DNA from: Mobula birostris | Lineage: Eukaryota | Length of the DNA stretch: 64,000 bases | Assembly: GCF_030028105.1 (NCBI RefSeq) | Contig: NC_092396.1 | Span: 18,993,820 to 19,057,819 of the forward strand | Direction: 5' to 3' | Shown here: piece after piece, positions 12,690 through 27,004 of the stretch | Numbering within the stretch: position 1 is the stretch's first letter | How the letters are laid out: every line of letters starts with the position of its first letter | Notes under the pieces: model-generated | Database searches by the model: none | What the model was told of the DNA's origin: nothing | What the model saw: the letters and a program-made list of their open reading frames with translations, nothing else | Position numbers and translations under genes: made by a program

Positions 12690-15600
12690 ACGCGAGGCTT
12701 AAAAAGGGTTTGGGTGCTTTCAGCTCTTTTTGGCAGACTGCAATCAGTGTGGGGTCAATAGAAAGAAGGGAGGTGTAAGTGGAGAGCCCATTGTGTGAGT
12801 CGGCCACTGTTGGAGTGTTCGGGCCTTGGCTCAACAGGCTTGGGTAAGCACAGGCATAAGTTCAAAGTAAGTTTCTAGTAAGTATTTTTTTCTGTAAGTA
12901 CATAGCTAGTGTGCTGAGAATGGGTCAGGAGGTAGTGGTACGTTTTTTCTGTGAGATGTGGGAACTCTGGAAGACCTCAAGTCTCCTTGATAACTACATC
13001 TGCATGAAATGCATCAAGCTGCAGCTCCTTGGAGACTGTGTTAAGGAAATGGATGACCTTTGGCTCCTTGGGAAAATGAGGAGGCTGTAGACAGAAGCTT
13101 CCAGGAGGTAGTCATCCCTAAGCTGCAGGAGGCAGGTACCTGGGTGACTGTCAGGAGAGGGAAATGGAATAGGCAGCCACTGCAGAGTACCCCTGTGCCC
13201 GTTCCCCTCAGTAATAAGCATACCACTTTGTATACTGTTGGTGGGGAGGAGAAGTGGTGGTGACGCAACAGGGGGAGGGGCTGCAGCAACTGGGATGTGA
13301 AAGAGACACCAGGATGACATGCTGCCTCCCAGGTGTCAGGGTCCATGAACAGCTGTAAGTTGTGGAACATAATCATACCAACGACATAGGTAGGAAAAGG
13401 GAGGAGGTCCTGAAGAGAGAATTTAAGAAGTTAGAAAGAAAGCTGAAAAGCAGGATCTCAAAGGGTAGTAATCTCTGGATTGCTGCCTGTGCCATGTACC
13501 AGTGAGGGTAAGAACAGGATGATTTGGCAGATGAATGCATGGCTGAAAAATTGGTGCAGGGGACAGGATTTCAGATTTCTGGATCATTGGGATCACTCCT
13601 GGGGAAGGTACAACCTGTACAAAAGGATGGGTTACATCTGAACTCAAGGGAGACCAGTACCATATCAGGCAGGTATTCTACAGCTGTTTGTGGGGGAGGT
13701 GGGGGAGAAGGGATGGGATGGGATGGGAACTGGAATGATAGTGCTGAGGATGGGGCAGTTAGTATTCAACTAGATGCAGTGTGTAGTGAGACTGTGAGGA
13801 AGAACAGGCAGATGAAAGGGCAAAATTACATTCAGTGGGATGAACTAAAGTGTGACAAGTGCAACAAAATCAAAAAGGTTGATGAATGCAGAACTTAAGG
13901 TGTTACATCTGAATACATTTGAATAGGGAATAAGGTAGATTACCTTGTAATGCAATAAAGATTAGCAGATATCACTTTGTGGGCATCTGAGTCATAGCTG
14001 AAAGAAGATCATAGTTAGGAGCTTTGCATCCAAGGACACACATTATACTGAAAGGGAAGGTAGGCAGAGGGGGGTGGGGTGTCTCTGTTGGTAAAAATGA
14101 AATCAAATCCTTAGAAAGAGGTGACATAGGATTGGAAGATGTAGAATCTTTATGGGTAGAGTTAAGAAACTGCAAGGGTAAAAAGACCCTGATGGGAGCT
14201 ATATGCAGGCCTCTGAACAGTAGCCAGGATGTGGGCTACAAATTGAGATATGGGGGATTTCACCATCCAGGTAGATTGGGAAAATCAGGTTGGTTGATGC
14301 TGGATCCCAAGACAGGAAATTTGTAGAATGTCTACAGGATGGCCTTTTAGAGCACCTTGTGGTTGAGCCCACTATGAGAATGGCAATTCTGGATTGGGTG
14401 TTATGTAATGACCCAGATCTGGTTAGTTATCTTGAAGTAAAGGAACCCTTAGAGAAGGCAGTCATCATAATATGATAGAATTCACCCTGCAGTTTGATAA
14501 GAAGCTAAAACAAGATGTATCATTAAAACAGTGAAGTAAGGGGAATTACAGAGGCATGAGAGAAGCTGGTCAAGGTTGATTGGAAGGGGACACTAGTAGG
14601 GATGGCAGCAGAACAGCAATGGCTGGAGTTTCTGGGGGATATTCCATGGGTGTAGGAAAGTTGAAGAAATATTCTAAAAGGAGGATCAGGCAAGAGAGGG
14701 CAAATAATATAGCAAAAATAGTGGGAAGTTATAACATTGGAAAGCTTTTAAAAACCAACATAAGGTAACTAAAAAAAAGCCATAAGGGAAGAAAAGATTA
14801 AATATGAAAGTAAGCTAGCCAATAATATTAGAAGATACCAATTTTTTCCCAGATATATAGAGTAAAAGAAAGAGGTGAGAGTGTATATAGGACCACTGGA
14901 AAATGATGCTCAAGAGGTAATCACTGGAGGGGAGGGGGCGCAAAGAAAAGTTAGATGAACTGAAGTATTTTGCATCAGCCTTCACTGTAGAAGACACGAG
15001 CAGTATGCTAGAAATGCAAGAGTGTCAGGAGGCAAAAGTAAGCATCATCGCTATAACTAAGGAGAAGGTGCTTAGGAAACTGAAAGTTTTAAGGTAGATT
15101 AGGTGCCTGGATCAGATGGACTACACCCCAGGGTTCTGAAAGAAGTAGCTGAAAAGATTGTGGAGGCATTAGTAATGATCTATCAAGAATCACAAAATTC
15201 TGGAGTGTTTTCTAAGGACTGAAAAATTGCAAATGTCACTCCACTCTTTAAGAAGGGAGGGAGGCAGAAGAAGTGAAATTATAGGCCAGTTAGCTTGATT
15301 TCAATGGTTGGAAAAATGTTGGAGTCTATTATTAAGGATGTCATTTCAGGGTACTTGGGGCCATGTGATAAAATAGGCTAAAGTCAGCATTGTTTTCTAA
15401 AGGGGAAATTTTGCCAAACAAATCTGTTGGGATTCTTTGAGAAAATAACAGGTAGGATAGACAAAGGAGAGTTAGTGAATGGTGTTTATTTCAATTTATA
15501 AAACGCCTTTGAGAAGGTGCCACACGTGAGGCTACTTAATCAGGTAAGAGCTTGTGGTATTAAAGGAAAGGTACTAGCATGGATAGAAAATTGGCTGACA

Positions 15601-16333
15601 CAAGAGTGGGATTAAAGGAGGACTGTTTTGGTTGACTGGTAGTGACTGGTAATGTGCCTTAGGGGACAGTGTTGGGACCACTTCATGTTATACGTCAATG
15701 ATTTGAATGAAGGAATTGATGACTTTGTGGTCAGGTTTGTAGCAATACAAAGATAGATGGAGGGACAGTTATTGTTGAGGAAACAGGGTGATTGCAAAAG
15801 GACTTAGACAAATTGGAGTAATAGCCAAAGAAATGGCAGATGGAATACAGTGTAGGGAAGTATATGGTTATGCACTTTAGCAGAAAGAATAAATGCATGG
15901 ACTATTTTCTAAATGAGGATAAAATTAAAAACTCAGAGGTGCAAAGGGACTTGAGAGTTCTCATGAAGGATTCCCTAAAGGGTTAAGCTGCAGGTTGAGC
16001 TGGAGGTAAGGAAGGCAAATGCAATGTTAGAAATCATTTTGAGAGGATTAGAATAAAAAAGCAAGAATGTAATGCTGAGGCTTTATAAGGCATTGGTCAG
16101 ACCGCATTTCTGTGGAATTCATTGTCACAGATGGTTCTGGAGGCCAAGTCATTAGGTATATTTAAAGCAGAGGTTGACAGGTTCTTGGTTAGTCAGGGCA
16201 TCAAAGGTTATAGGGAGAAAGCAGAAGAATGGGGTTGAGAGAGATAATAAATCATCCATGATGGAATAGCGGAGCAGACTTGTTAGGTCGAGTGGCCTAA
16301 TTCTGCTCCCATGTCATATGGCCCTACGTCTTA
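12690..16333 (+). mobile_element. Long decayed CR1 LINE (ORF1 zinc-finger/esterase, ORF2 endonuclease-RT)
   Basis: ORF1 remnants CEMWE..CMKC, VVISGLLPVP, DGLHLN; ORF2 GRGGWGV, ESLWVELRNCKG, AILDWVLCN, NYRPVSL; CR1 3' end ...CTAATTCTGCTCC. Many stops and deletions. Confidence 0.85.
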
Positions 16334-16894
16334 TATTCCAGTCCTCTCAAAATGAATGCTAATATTGCTTTTGAATTCCTCATCACTGACTCAAATTGCA
16401 ATTTAATAGTCTACACCTTTATTTCTTTGATACTTTGATGGAAGTGTTTTGATAGCTGATATCTGTGAGGGGAAGAAATGTAAATGTACCTGGAAATTGA
16501 AAGTTTTGTTATGCTGAGCAAAAAATAATTAAAAGAAAAGAAAAGGTCCCCTTTATTCCTCCACTTTGCCTCCTGCCAGTCAGCCAATCTTTTATCCATT
16601 CATTTGACTGACACACAAGGAGTAGCTCCATTGGTAAATAACATAAGACATTAACAATACAGCAAAGGGGCGGGCCCTTTAGCCCATGATGCCCACACTA
16701 ACCACGATGACAATTTAAACTGCACCTCTCCCTGCACCTGGTCTATGTCTCTTACTGTAATTACATTCCAGCTCATGTGCCTGTCCAAATGTTTTGTAAA
16801 CGTTGCTGCAACAGAAGCTACCATTTTGAAATAGTGTAGTCAATCTGATAGAATGGCAAAATGTACAAAATCACCTTTTCAGACCAACAGGTAA

Positions 16895-17000
16895 ACTTAC
16901 CAACAGCATGCTATTTGTCACACATTGCTCCTTTAGCACTTTCACTTCCTCCATTACACTTCTGATAATTATAATGGCAGTGTTGCAAATCACTTCCACA
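16895..17000 (-). promoter_or_regulatory. Ets/IRF composite motif next to a splice-donor-like site (possible alternative first exon)
   Basis: Minus-strand AGGAAGTGAAAGT (16938-16950) fits GGAAnnGAAA; TTG|GTAAGT donor at 16901/16900; TTGCAAAT nearby. Confidence 0.3.
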
Positions 17001-18254
17001 GTTTGGCTTAGGATGTTTCTTTCAATATCACAAAGTCAATAATAGCATTTATACAAATAAGTCTAGTTACCACTGTTTCAAATTGCTCAAGAGACACTAT
17101 AGTTCCTGCTTAAAGATAGATATATTAAATCCATAGAAAGAATTTGACTGCATTGATGCTTTAATAAGAGATAAATTACATTTGGCTGTTTTCTGGGATC
17201 CAGTGGACAAAGAACTCTGAATTAGCCCATGACCTGGAGGAGAAACATCTATGGTTTACACAAAGCACAAGCTCAGGAACTCTGAACTATTCACATTTCA
17301 TTTATCCTCAGGAATAGCTGAGGAATTCAAATTTCATAAATCTCAATGTTTCATCAGACAGGCAATAGAATAGATAGGGCTCTAACATCTGAAGTTAACA
17401 AATAGACAAAACAGCTATTAATATTCCATAACAACTTTAATGTTCAGAAAAATACTGTTTATTTCAAGCAGTCACTATATTTTACAATTTCCTTATGTCT
17501 GGCAGTGTATGGATAACACATGAATTTTTGTAAAGATTATGGTGAGAGATTTTTAAATGAACACATTACTAAAACATTGGAGGAAAACATTTTGCACAAA
17601 ACCATTAAGTAGTGATACACTATCACATCATTACACAGTTTCACAGCAAACATTTTCTCTATGTTACATGAGTTGATAGAGTATCAGTATTTTTTAAATG
17701 TACAGTTCAACTTGAATTTTAAAAAGGAACAAATAAAAGTCCTGATGCAGAGTTTTGATCTGAAATGTCAAAAGTTCCCAGCCCCAACTCCAACAAATGC
17801 AGCTCAAGCCACTGAGTTTCACCAAGAACATTGTTGCTCCCTATTCCAGCATCTGCAGTCGCTAAGGTTCACATATTATATACAGTATATTTTTTAAATT
17901 AAGATATTTTGTTCTTGGACTAAATTAACAGTACAAAAGTTTAACCAAGCTCCAGATTTTCCAGGGCAAGAGAGAGAACTGACAGGCAATATTTTGATTT
18001 TGCATGTCAATATCAACTCTCAGCATGCTGTTACGTATTTTGTATTGATAATTTTCCCCTTGAAGATTCATGGTAACATTCCTCACTTTTTCAGAATATA
18101 TACGAAATTTTCCACAGGAAATTACAAGGTCAAATGCTGCTAGTTGAAAGCATAAAACAGGTGAAAATACTGTATATAACCTAAAATGGGAGAAAGGGAG
18201 AATATCAAAGAAACAAAGTACTACAAAGCAGAAGAGGTGATTAAAAGTAATTTG

Positions 18255-18640
18255 AGGGGAATGGTGAAGGGTGGGGGGGGAGGTTGGATGGCATTGCCGG
18301 AAGCTCGAGAAATCGATGTTCATGTCATCAGGTTGGAGGCTACCCAGACGGAATACAAGGTGCCGTTCCTCCAACCCGAGTATGACCTCATCACGACAGT
18401 GGAGGCGGCCATGGATGGACATTTCGGAATAGGAATGGGAAGTGGAATTAAAATGGGTGGCCACTGGGAGTCCCGCTTTTTCTGGTGGACAGAGCTCAGC
18501 GAAGCAGTCTCCCAATCTATATCGGGTCTCACCGACATACAGGAGGCCACACCAGGAGCACCGGACACAGTATATGACCCCAACAGACTCAGAGGTAAAG
18601 TGTAGCTTTACCTGAAAGGACTTTTTGGGGTCCTGAATGG
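18255..18640 (-). mobile_element. Penelope-like element, GIY-YIG endonuclease fragment
   Basis: GVIYCVRCSWCGLLYVGETRYRLGDCFAE..PVATHFNS..LGSLQPD within ORF 17925-18707. Confidence 0.85.
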
Positions 18641-21480
18641 CAATAAGTAGAAAGGCAAACCAATTTACCGAAATCTGCTGCAGTTGATTAGCACAGGTCT
18701 TCAGCACTCAGCCAAATACGCTGTCTTTGCCAGAATCTTTCCGCAGATGCTTGAGGATCCTTTCTGAAAGATGCTCTCGTGTCAGCCTCAGAGACTGAAA
18801 TCATAGTGTCACTGGGCCTGTGGGGGTTTGTAAAGGTGCCTCCATTTTGGTTTATTAGAACATGGAGGCACCTTCACATGAAGACTCCGTTTTTTTTTTG
18901 TAGAAAAGGCTCTTTAAGCCTTCTCTACACAAAAGAAAGCTAATTCCACACTTTTCTGCATTGTCCATTAAAACTGATATTGAATTATTTTTCAAAAAAC
19001 ATATGCGCCACAAGTACTCAATGCTGTAAGTGACACAAGGTATATCACTGGAATTGTCTGCAGACTAAATTTACCAGAACTCAGACAAGTACATTAATTA
19101 TAATCCATTAATGGTGCTTATTCAAATTGCTTAGTGGATAACTGGACCATTCACTTGTGTTGAATTATTCATGTCAACTGGGACAATGCAATTGGCATTA
19201 TTGCTATCCATAAGCTGCAAAATGAGTTTGATATTGTTAAATGCAGAACAGGGTCTCAAGGAATAGAGTAACCAAATGTTCTGCATTCACTAAATAAAAG
19301 GGTGTATAAATTTGTTCACAATGACCCCTCTCCTCCAACAAGTTGACCGACATCCAACTGTTGAAGCAGACAGCCTGAAATTAGGACAGCAAAAGGCAGC
19401 CATTTTGAACTCCAGCAGCTTGCTCAAATTAGTGAAACAACCCGAAAATCTTGTTTGTTGTCATTATACATACATATGCCTTATACACATTAATAGTTGC
19501 ACTGAAAATTGGGCCAGTACAAATCTTAACCCCAATAATCTCCATAATTTCCTGGCAGGTCAGGTCTCAATTTGCTGGGTTAAGCAAACACATGATTATT
19601 TAACTGTCATTTGCTATTTCACTTAAATTTGTATATCAAGCCTGCCAAAGATGCTGATTACGTTGCAAGTATTAAGTGTTAATAGTTTCATTTATTCTTA
19701 GTCATGTGGTTGCTTTAAGGCTTTCAACATTATATCCCAAGACCTGGATCCAAAATGCACCAAGGGCTGGTTGTGAGCAGAGGTAGTGCTTGTAAAGGGC
19801 AGTACTTTAACCAGCTATACCTCTGTAGCCATGTAGAAAATCTTCTGAAAGATTGTTTGTAGTTAACTCTACAATGACCAGTAGTTGTCTGGCTAGCCTT
19901 CAGTATATATATATGCAGTTGACTGTCAATCTTCCACTTCATCCTCCACCATTCATCCATGGATTATACAGTGCCTATGTAAGCTTGTCATAGAAGTTAA
20001 CACAAGTTCTATATCAGATGCAAGCAAACTGCAGCCTCTCAGGTCTCCAGCGTTTCCCAGCCCTCTTCATCAGGCTCAAGGTCAGGTAAGGTCCTGATGA
20101 CCGATAGCTCGGTGAGCTGAACATAACATGAGGACCCATTACCCTAATCTGACTCCAAATACCTCAAATCTTCTGTCTCTCTCAGCAGAATCACAACTCC
20201 ATGTTAAACTTATGGAGTTGTGATTCTTCCAAAGTTGTACGACTCCCACCAACTACAAGGATAATGGAAGGCAAGCAGATGCAAACACCATCACCTGCAC
20301 CTTCCAGATAAACATTGTCCAACCCAAACACATTGTCATTCCTTCACTGGTGCTGGTCAAAATCCTGCAACATTTAATTAATTGCACAGTAGATGTACCT
20401 CCATGGTAGGACTATGATGGCTCAGTACAGCAGCTTGCCACCACTTTCTCAAGGACAATGATGCACACTAAAGGCTGGCTTTACCAATGACACCCAAATC
20501 GATACTGAATACTAAAAATATCCAAGTAAAACTATGCTGCATTACTTCCAAATCCAATTTACCATTCTAGAAGTGAGGTACCCAAAGCAGTAAATATTAT
20601 CCCCAGTGTGGAATTGTGTACCTGTAGCAGAATTGCTACCTACCTTGCATTCTGGTCCTCTACATGTAAAAGCTAACATGTTAGCCTTTATTGTTAACTA
20701 TCTGTCCTTGACTTTTTAAACACACAGAGATTTATAAATTTTGACCTCTACTACTGATAGTTTATCACAATTGAGATAGTTCTGTCTTTTGTAAGCTCAA
20801 AGTGGATGATTCATATTTAACAAGATTGAAACACATTGGATGAAATTTTGTCCAATTTTTGATTGATGTGTCTGTAATTTAATGTTTCAATAATAGTCTG
20901 GGAATAATCCTTAACAGAGACTTTTAAAGATTCGAAGACCTACCTTCATCCGCTCTGGAAAATCCTTGGCAAAAGATGAATAAGTCTGTCCCCGATTTCC
21001 AGCCCCAATTATAAGCACTTTCACAGGAAGATGCATGGCCACTGTTGAATGGACCAAATACAAAGAAAGTTATGCACACAACAGGAGGTTATAAAAGAAC
21101 ATTTCTTTCAAACAGTTAACTTCTTTTATAACAGAACTCAAGAATGTGACCCTCAAAAAGGATTCTTGGCCTCACAATCTATTTCATCATGGCCTTGTTA
21201 TCTGCCTTCCCTGCACTTTCTCTGTAACACTTCATTCTGCATTCTGTTATTATCTTCCCGGGTACTATCACAATGCCTTGCTGTAATGAAGTGGTCTGTA
21301 TGGATGGCATACAAAACAAATGTGTTCCACTGTACCTCAGTAGGTGTGGCAATAATAGACCAACTTGCAGGCTTTCAATGCTCCTTGACAGGAATGCTGT
21401 GGTCTCTAACTTCTACATTACATTCACTTTGCACCATTCCCTAATGTCACAGATAGAGCTCCAAACGGAGTGTGGAATTT

Positions 21481-21680
21481 AACCATATAACCATATAACA
21501 ATTACAGCACAGAACCAGGCTATCTCGGCCCTTCTAGTCCATGCCGAACGCTTACTCTCACCTAGTCCCACCGACCTGCACTCAGCCCATAACGCTCCAT
21601 TCCTTTCCTGTCCATATACCTGTCCAATTTTACTTTAAATGACAATATTGAACCTGCCTCAACCACTTCTGCTGGAACTT
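21481..21680 (-). mobile_element. CR1 LINE 3' end with (AACCATAT)n tail
   Basis: 8-bp tandem tail followed by the reverse complement of a typical CR1 3' UTR and ORF2 end. Confidence 0.7.
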
Positions 21681-21857
21681 CTTCTGGTTTTAGGTATTAA
21701 AAACAATTACATCACCCATTGTTGACCATTATATCAACCAAATTCTACTGCATCTATATAAAATGTCACTACTCCTTCGTTTTTAACATATCTTACCCAA
21801 TCAACCTGTGCATAAAATTTAATACAAAACCATTTCCGATTGCAAAGAGCTTTACCG

Positions 21858-22653
21858 CAGGTTGATTACCCCTTATCCAAGATTCTCAGGCCAGAAGTGT
21901 TTTGTATTTTGGAATGTATAATAAGATAGCTTGGGATTGCCATTATTTCCAGCTCTGAATTTATGCGCTACCGGTAAGCAGTTCTCATCTTACACTTGCT
22001 CATCACACATATGTACTTAACAGTAAACATTACATACCATTAATATAATTAAAATATAATGTGAGCAGGTAACAAAAGCAGCGCAGCAGCATGGAAAAAT
22101 ACCTGAATCAGCTGTTGAACAATAAACAGTGGTCTCCACCTATGATGCCATGTTTTGATTAAAAGTTTACAGTGCACTGCATTTGAATTTTACTTTTTTT
22201 AGGTTTTATGTAAGTCGCAAAAATAATCCATTGTAGACTTGTTCTAGTGTTAGATTTTCGTGATCAGCAGGGACTTTAAAAAATTAATGCAGTGTCTTTT
22301 CAAAAATTTCTACAACCATCCTGCTGAATATTCACACCTACCTTCAATTAACAGTTTGTTGTGATAGATCTTTGGTTGTTTCATAATCAGCATACCCATT
22401 AGGCGGCACAGGTTCACTCTGACATTGACAATGCATGATTGAGAACTTCATTTTTCGCTTCATGCAGTGTCTTCTATTTTTTATTAACTTCTGTTCATTA
22501 TATATGTGAGGGCACTTCTCAGAACAGTCTGTGGTGCATGGAGACCTGCACATCACCTGGGAACCTTTCCAATGTCTTGTGAAATTTCCCATTTGTGGCA
22601 CCATGTCAGTGCTCAAAAAAATTTGGACTTTCGGACAAAGGGTAGTCAACTTG
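21858..22653 (-). mobile_element. Pogo/Tigger-type DNA transposon, deletion derivative
   Basis: Imperfect TIRs CAGGTTGATTACCCCTTATCC and GGACAAAGGGTAGTCAACTTG, with TA at the right end. Minus-strand CENP-B-type HTH remnant CEYSAGWL*KFLKRHCINFLK (~22275-22340). Confidence 0.8.
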
Positions 22654-22859
22654 TATTTTGCAAAAGCAACATCTAACATGTGGAACTGAAGTGAATTCCA
22701 CAGCCATTCTCCTATAGTGAATGTAGTTTCAACGCAAGTGATCACAGTCAACATGAGTTGCCTGCAGACAATGAGGGACCCAAATTACAAAAGTGACAAA
22801 AAGACATGGGTTGCATGTCACTATTCATCACTGCATATCATTATAAATGCAAGCTGTTA

Positions 22860-23500
22860 AGAAATAGTAACCATATCAAGGCCTGGGTTGACAGGTGGCA
22901 AGCAACATACATGCCACAGTAGCGCCAGACCACAACAACATCCAACAAAAGAAAATTTAGCTATCACCTTCTGACATTCAAAGTCATTACCATCACTGAA
23001 TCCAACACTATCAGTATCTTGGGCATTACTAATGAACAGGAACTGACTGGAGTAGCCAAATGCACAATGTGGCCACAAGACCTGGTCAGAGGTTAGGAAT
23101 TCTGTGGCAAGTAACTCACCTCCAAACTCCCCACAGCCTGTCCACCATCTACAAGGCTCAAGGCACGAGTGTGATCAAACACTCAGCTGGATGAGTGCAG
23201 CTTCGATCACACTCAAAAAGCTTGACACCATACAGGATAGAGCAGCCCACTTGATAGACACCCTATCCATTATCATCCACTCACTCCACCAGTGATACAG
23301 AGTTTGTACCATCTACTGGTGCACTGCAGCAACTCATCAAGACAACACCTACCAAACCCTTCACCTCGTCAACAGAAGGGCACCAAAGCACGGGAATACC
23401 ATCACTGGAAGATGTCCTCCAAGCCACACCATCCTGTTTTGGAAGTATATAACCATTCTGTCACTGGGTCAAAATCCTGGAACACATTCTGTAATAAGGG
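22860..23500 (+). mobile_element. Old CR1/L2-group LINE 3' fragment
   Basis: SWMSAASITLKKLDTIQDRAAHLI ORF2 C-terminal remnant; a related 3' end is at ~20230-20510. Confidence 0.6.
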
Positions 23501-23849
23501 TTGTAACAACCCTTGAATGAAAAACAATCTTCAGCTTGACCCTTTCAACAGAATATGAGCCTCTTTATGTTCCTCAAGGTCCCACAGCAGTTACACCTAT
23601 TACCCCCATTATTTAGTGTTTGCTTTTACTTCACAGCAGAATGGACTAAGCTCTTCAAACAAGCATTCCCCATTATCATGTGTATTTAATACCTAATAAA
23701 TAAAACAAGCACTACAGCTCACTGTAACTACATAGCGTAAACTGATAATTATAATTAGCCACAGCATGGCTATCTGACATATTGCGTTCATCTCAATAAG
23801 AATATTCTTTTTAATTAAATCCCACTTCCGGCTGTTGTTTTATAACTCA

Positions 23850-25438
23850 GAGTGAATCCAAGGAAAGAATCCGGTCCGGATGGAGTATCTAGTGGAGTAC
23901 CGAAGACCTGTGCTGATCAACTGGCTGGTGTATTCACGGATATCTTCAACCTCTCGCTCCAGCAGTGTGAGGTACCCACCCACTTCAAGCAGGCTTCAAT
24001 CATACCGGTGCCCGAGAACAGCGTGGTAGCCTGCCTAAATGACTGTTGCCCAGCGGCACTCACATCCACAGTGACAAAGTGTTTTGAGAGGCTGGTGTTG
24101 AAACATACCGGCTCCTGTCTGAGCGGCAACTTGGATCCTCTCCAATTTGCCTACTGAAGCAACATGTCCACAGCAAATGCCAACTAATTGGGTCTTCACT
24201 CAACCCTGGAACATCCGGACAGCAAGGATGCATATATCAGGATGCTCTTTCATCAATTACAGCTCAGCATTTAATACCATCATCCCCTCAAAACTAATCA
24301 GTAAACTCCAAGACATTAGCCTCAATACCCCCTTGAGCAATTGGATCCTGGATTTCCTCACTTGCAGAGACCAGTCAATTCAGATTGGCAAAAAAATCTC
24401 CACCACTATCTCCATCAGCAAAGGTGCACCATAGGGATGTGTGCTTGGCGCCCTGCTCTACTCGCTTTACACTTATGCCTATGTGGCTAAGTACAGCTCC
24501 AACACCATATCCAAGTTTAATGATGACACCACTGTTGTGGGCTGTATCAAAGGTGATGATGAATCAGCATACAAGAGGAAAACTGAAAATTTGGCTGAGT
24601 GGAGTAATAAGAACAACCTCTCACTCAATGTTAGTAAGAACAACGAGCTGATTGTGGACTTCGGGAGAGGGAAACCAGAGGTCCATGAGCCAGTATTCAT
24701 CAGAGGACCAGAAATAGAGAGGGTCAGTAACTTCAAATTCCTGGGTGTCACTAACTCAGAGGACATGTCCTGGACCCAACATATAAGTATTATGGCAAAC
24801 AAAGCACAACAGTGCCTCTACTTCCTTAGGAGTCTGCAGCGATTTGGCATATCATCAAAAACTTTGATAAACTTCTATAGATGTGTGGTGTACTGACTGG
24901 CTACATTACAGCCTGGTATGTGAACACCAATACCTTTGAGGCGAAGATTCTACAAAATTTGGGATTTAGCCCAACACATCACAAGTAAAGCCTGCCCAAC
25001 CACTAAGCACATCTACATGAAATGTTGCCATAGAAAAGCAGCATCCATCATCGAAGATTCTCACAACCCAGGCCATGCTCTTTTCTCACTGTGGCCATCA
25101 GGTAGAAGGTACAAGTACCTCAGGACTTGCACCACCAAGATCAGGAACAGTCACTACCCTTCAACCATAAGGCTCTTGAACAAAAGGGAATAACCATACT
25201 CATTCTATTTTTGGTGTTCCCAGACTCGATGGTCTCACTTTAAGGACTTTATCTTGTTAATTCATGCTCTCGTTATTTATTATTATTTGTATTTGAATTT
25301 GCACAGCTTGCTGTCCATTGATCCTGTTTACAGTTACTGTTCTATAGATTTGTTAAGTATGCCCACAGAAAAAAGAATCTCAGGATTATATGTGGTGACA
25401 TATATATACTATGATAATAAATTTTGCTTTGAACTTTG
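23850..25438 (+). mobile_element. 5'-truncated Rex1/Babar LINE
   Basis: [45 protein letters not shown]; ends AATAAA..(CTTTGAA)n. Confidence 0.9.
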
Positions 25439-26608
25439 TATGTATTTGTTTGCTTTTTTTCCCTTCATCTCCAATTGTGCATAACATTATTTAATGAGAA
25501 AGGTTACTCAATTCCCAACCACAAATTTGCCATAGTTTATTGCTTTAACCCTACCCAAGATATTTCAATATAACAAGATCAAGATAACATGCACAATTTC
25601 CAACATGAAATAACACTCTTTCCTTTTTTTAATCAATTTTGATCAAATTATTACAGCAATTAATTCAAAGAGGGAATAATTAAGTGATGAGAAAATTACA
25701 TGCAATTTGTGCCTACTCTCCCAGCCATTCTTCGAGTTTCCCTGTGCAGACCTAGAGAGTTCCATGATTTATTTCAGGTATTATTCAAGTTAGATAGTGT
25801 CAGTTTAAGGCACCAAATAACCCAAGGTTACAAAGGAATAACTATTCATCCAGCCTGCCTAGATAGAATTAGACTTGGCTGTAATGCTGTTCAAATCCTT
25901 CTGTTTAAGGTCATAAATAAGGAAAGTATCAGAGTACCAATGCCATTATCCATGAAACTTTCTGGTCAGATTAGATTAGGAAAGTACTGGCCTAATAGGG
26001 AAGAAACTTTAACAAGTCCAAGATCTACTGGGACCCTGCCCAGAGCAAAAGTGGACTGTTTATCATAACTGAGCAACACAAATGATAGATAATTGATGAC
26101 ATATATCATACAAGAGGATGTTACTGTCACCAAGTAACCCACCACCAAAATTTTGAGGGTCAACTTGCCCAAATTAAAAGCATATTAACACTTAAGCTAC
26201 AGAAGCACAGCAGAAAATGAATACTATGTGATAAGCAATTCCCTATCCTGATCGCAAAAGCTCCCAGTCATCCACAAGATTCAATTCAAGAGTACAACAG
26301 AATAAACAGCACTCAACAAGTGGTCATAATAGTCAAAAATTCCTGTCTAAAAACACAGCAGTCCATTTGACACATCCTAGTAAATTGCAGAAACACCACT
26401 AAGAACAACCCTCTGCTAACTTAGTTTAACCTCTCTCAACCAACCACAATGGATTTCATAATCTGACTTTAAATCATGGCTTTGTTGGTTTCTTCTCTCT
26501 AATCTCTTCACACCTTCCAAGATATTGAATTCCTCCAATTCAGACCTGGAACATCCTGATCCTAATCTCTCCAAGGTGTCAAATTTTGAGGTTCTACATC
26601 AATGCCTC

Positions 26609-27004
26609 AAGCAACACACATAAAAGTTGCTGGTGAACGCAGCAGGTCAGGCAGCATCTCTAGGAGGATGTACAGTGTACCCCCTCTGGGCTTCCCCCCT
26701 CCCCCTTTTCTTTCTCCCTAGGCCTCCTGTCCCATGATCCTCTCGTATCCCTTTTGCCAATCAACTGTCCAGCTCTTGGCTCCATCCCTCCTCCTCCTGT
26801 CTTCTCCTATCATTTCGGATCTCCCCCTCCCCCTCCCCCTCTCAAATCTCTTACTAGCTCTTCTTTCAGTCAGTCCTGATGAAGGGTCTCGGCCCGAAAC
26901 GTCAACTGTACTTCTTCCTAAAGATGCTGCCTGACCTGCTGCGTTCACCAGCAATTTTTATGTGCGTTGCTTGAAATTCCAGCATCCGCAGATTTCCTCG
27001 TGTT
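26609..27004 (+). mobile_element. Penelope-like terminal fragment with inverted pLTR piece
   Basis: 26609-26678 is an inverted copy of the right end; 14-bp TSD TACATCAAT(G/A)CCTC (26595-26608 and 27005-27018). Confidence 0.85.
26871..26908 (+). ncRNA. Minimal type I hammerhead ribozyme motif (Penelope)
   Basis: CAGTC-CTGATGA-A-GGGT(CTCG)GCCC-GAAAC-GTC-AACTG. Confidence 0.7.

Noticed and set aside
17925-18707. 260-aa minus ORF as a novel gene
   Set aside because: Chance chimera of a Rex fragment (LKTCANQL), Penelope GIY-YIG and AT-rich flank.
20090-20125. CTGATGA followed by hairpin CCGA-TAGC-TCGG as a hammerhead
   Set aside because: No GAAA/NUH half of the core and no stem I.
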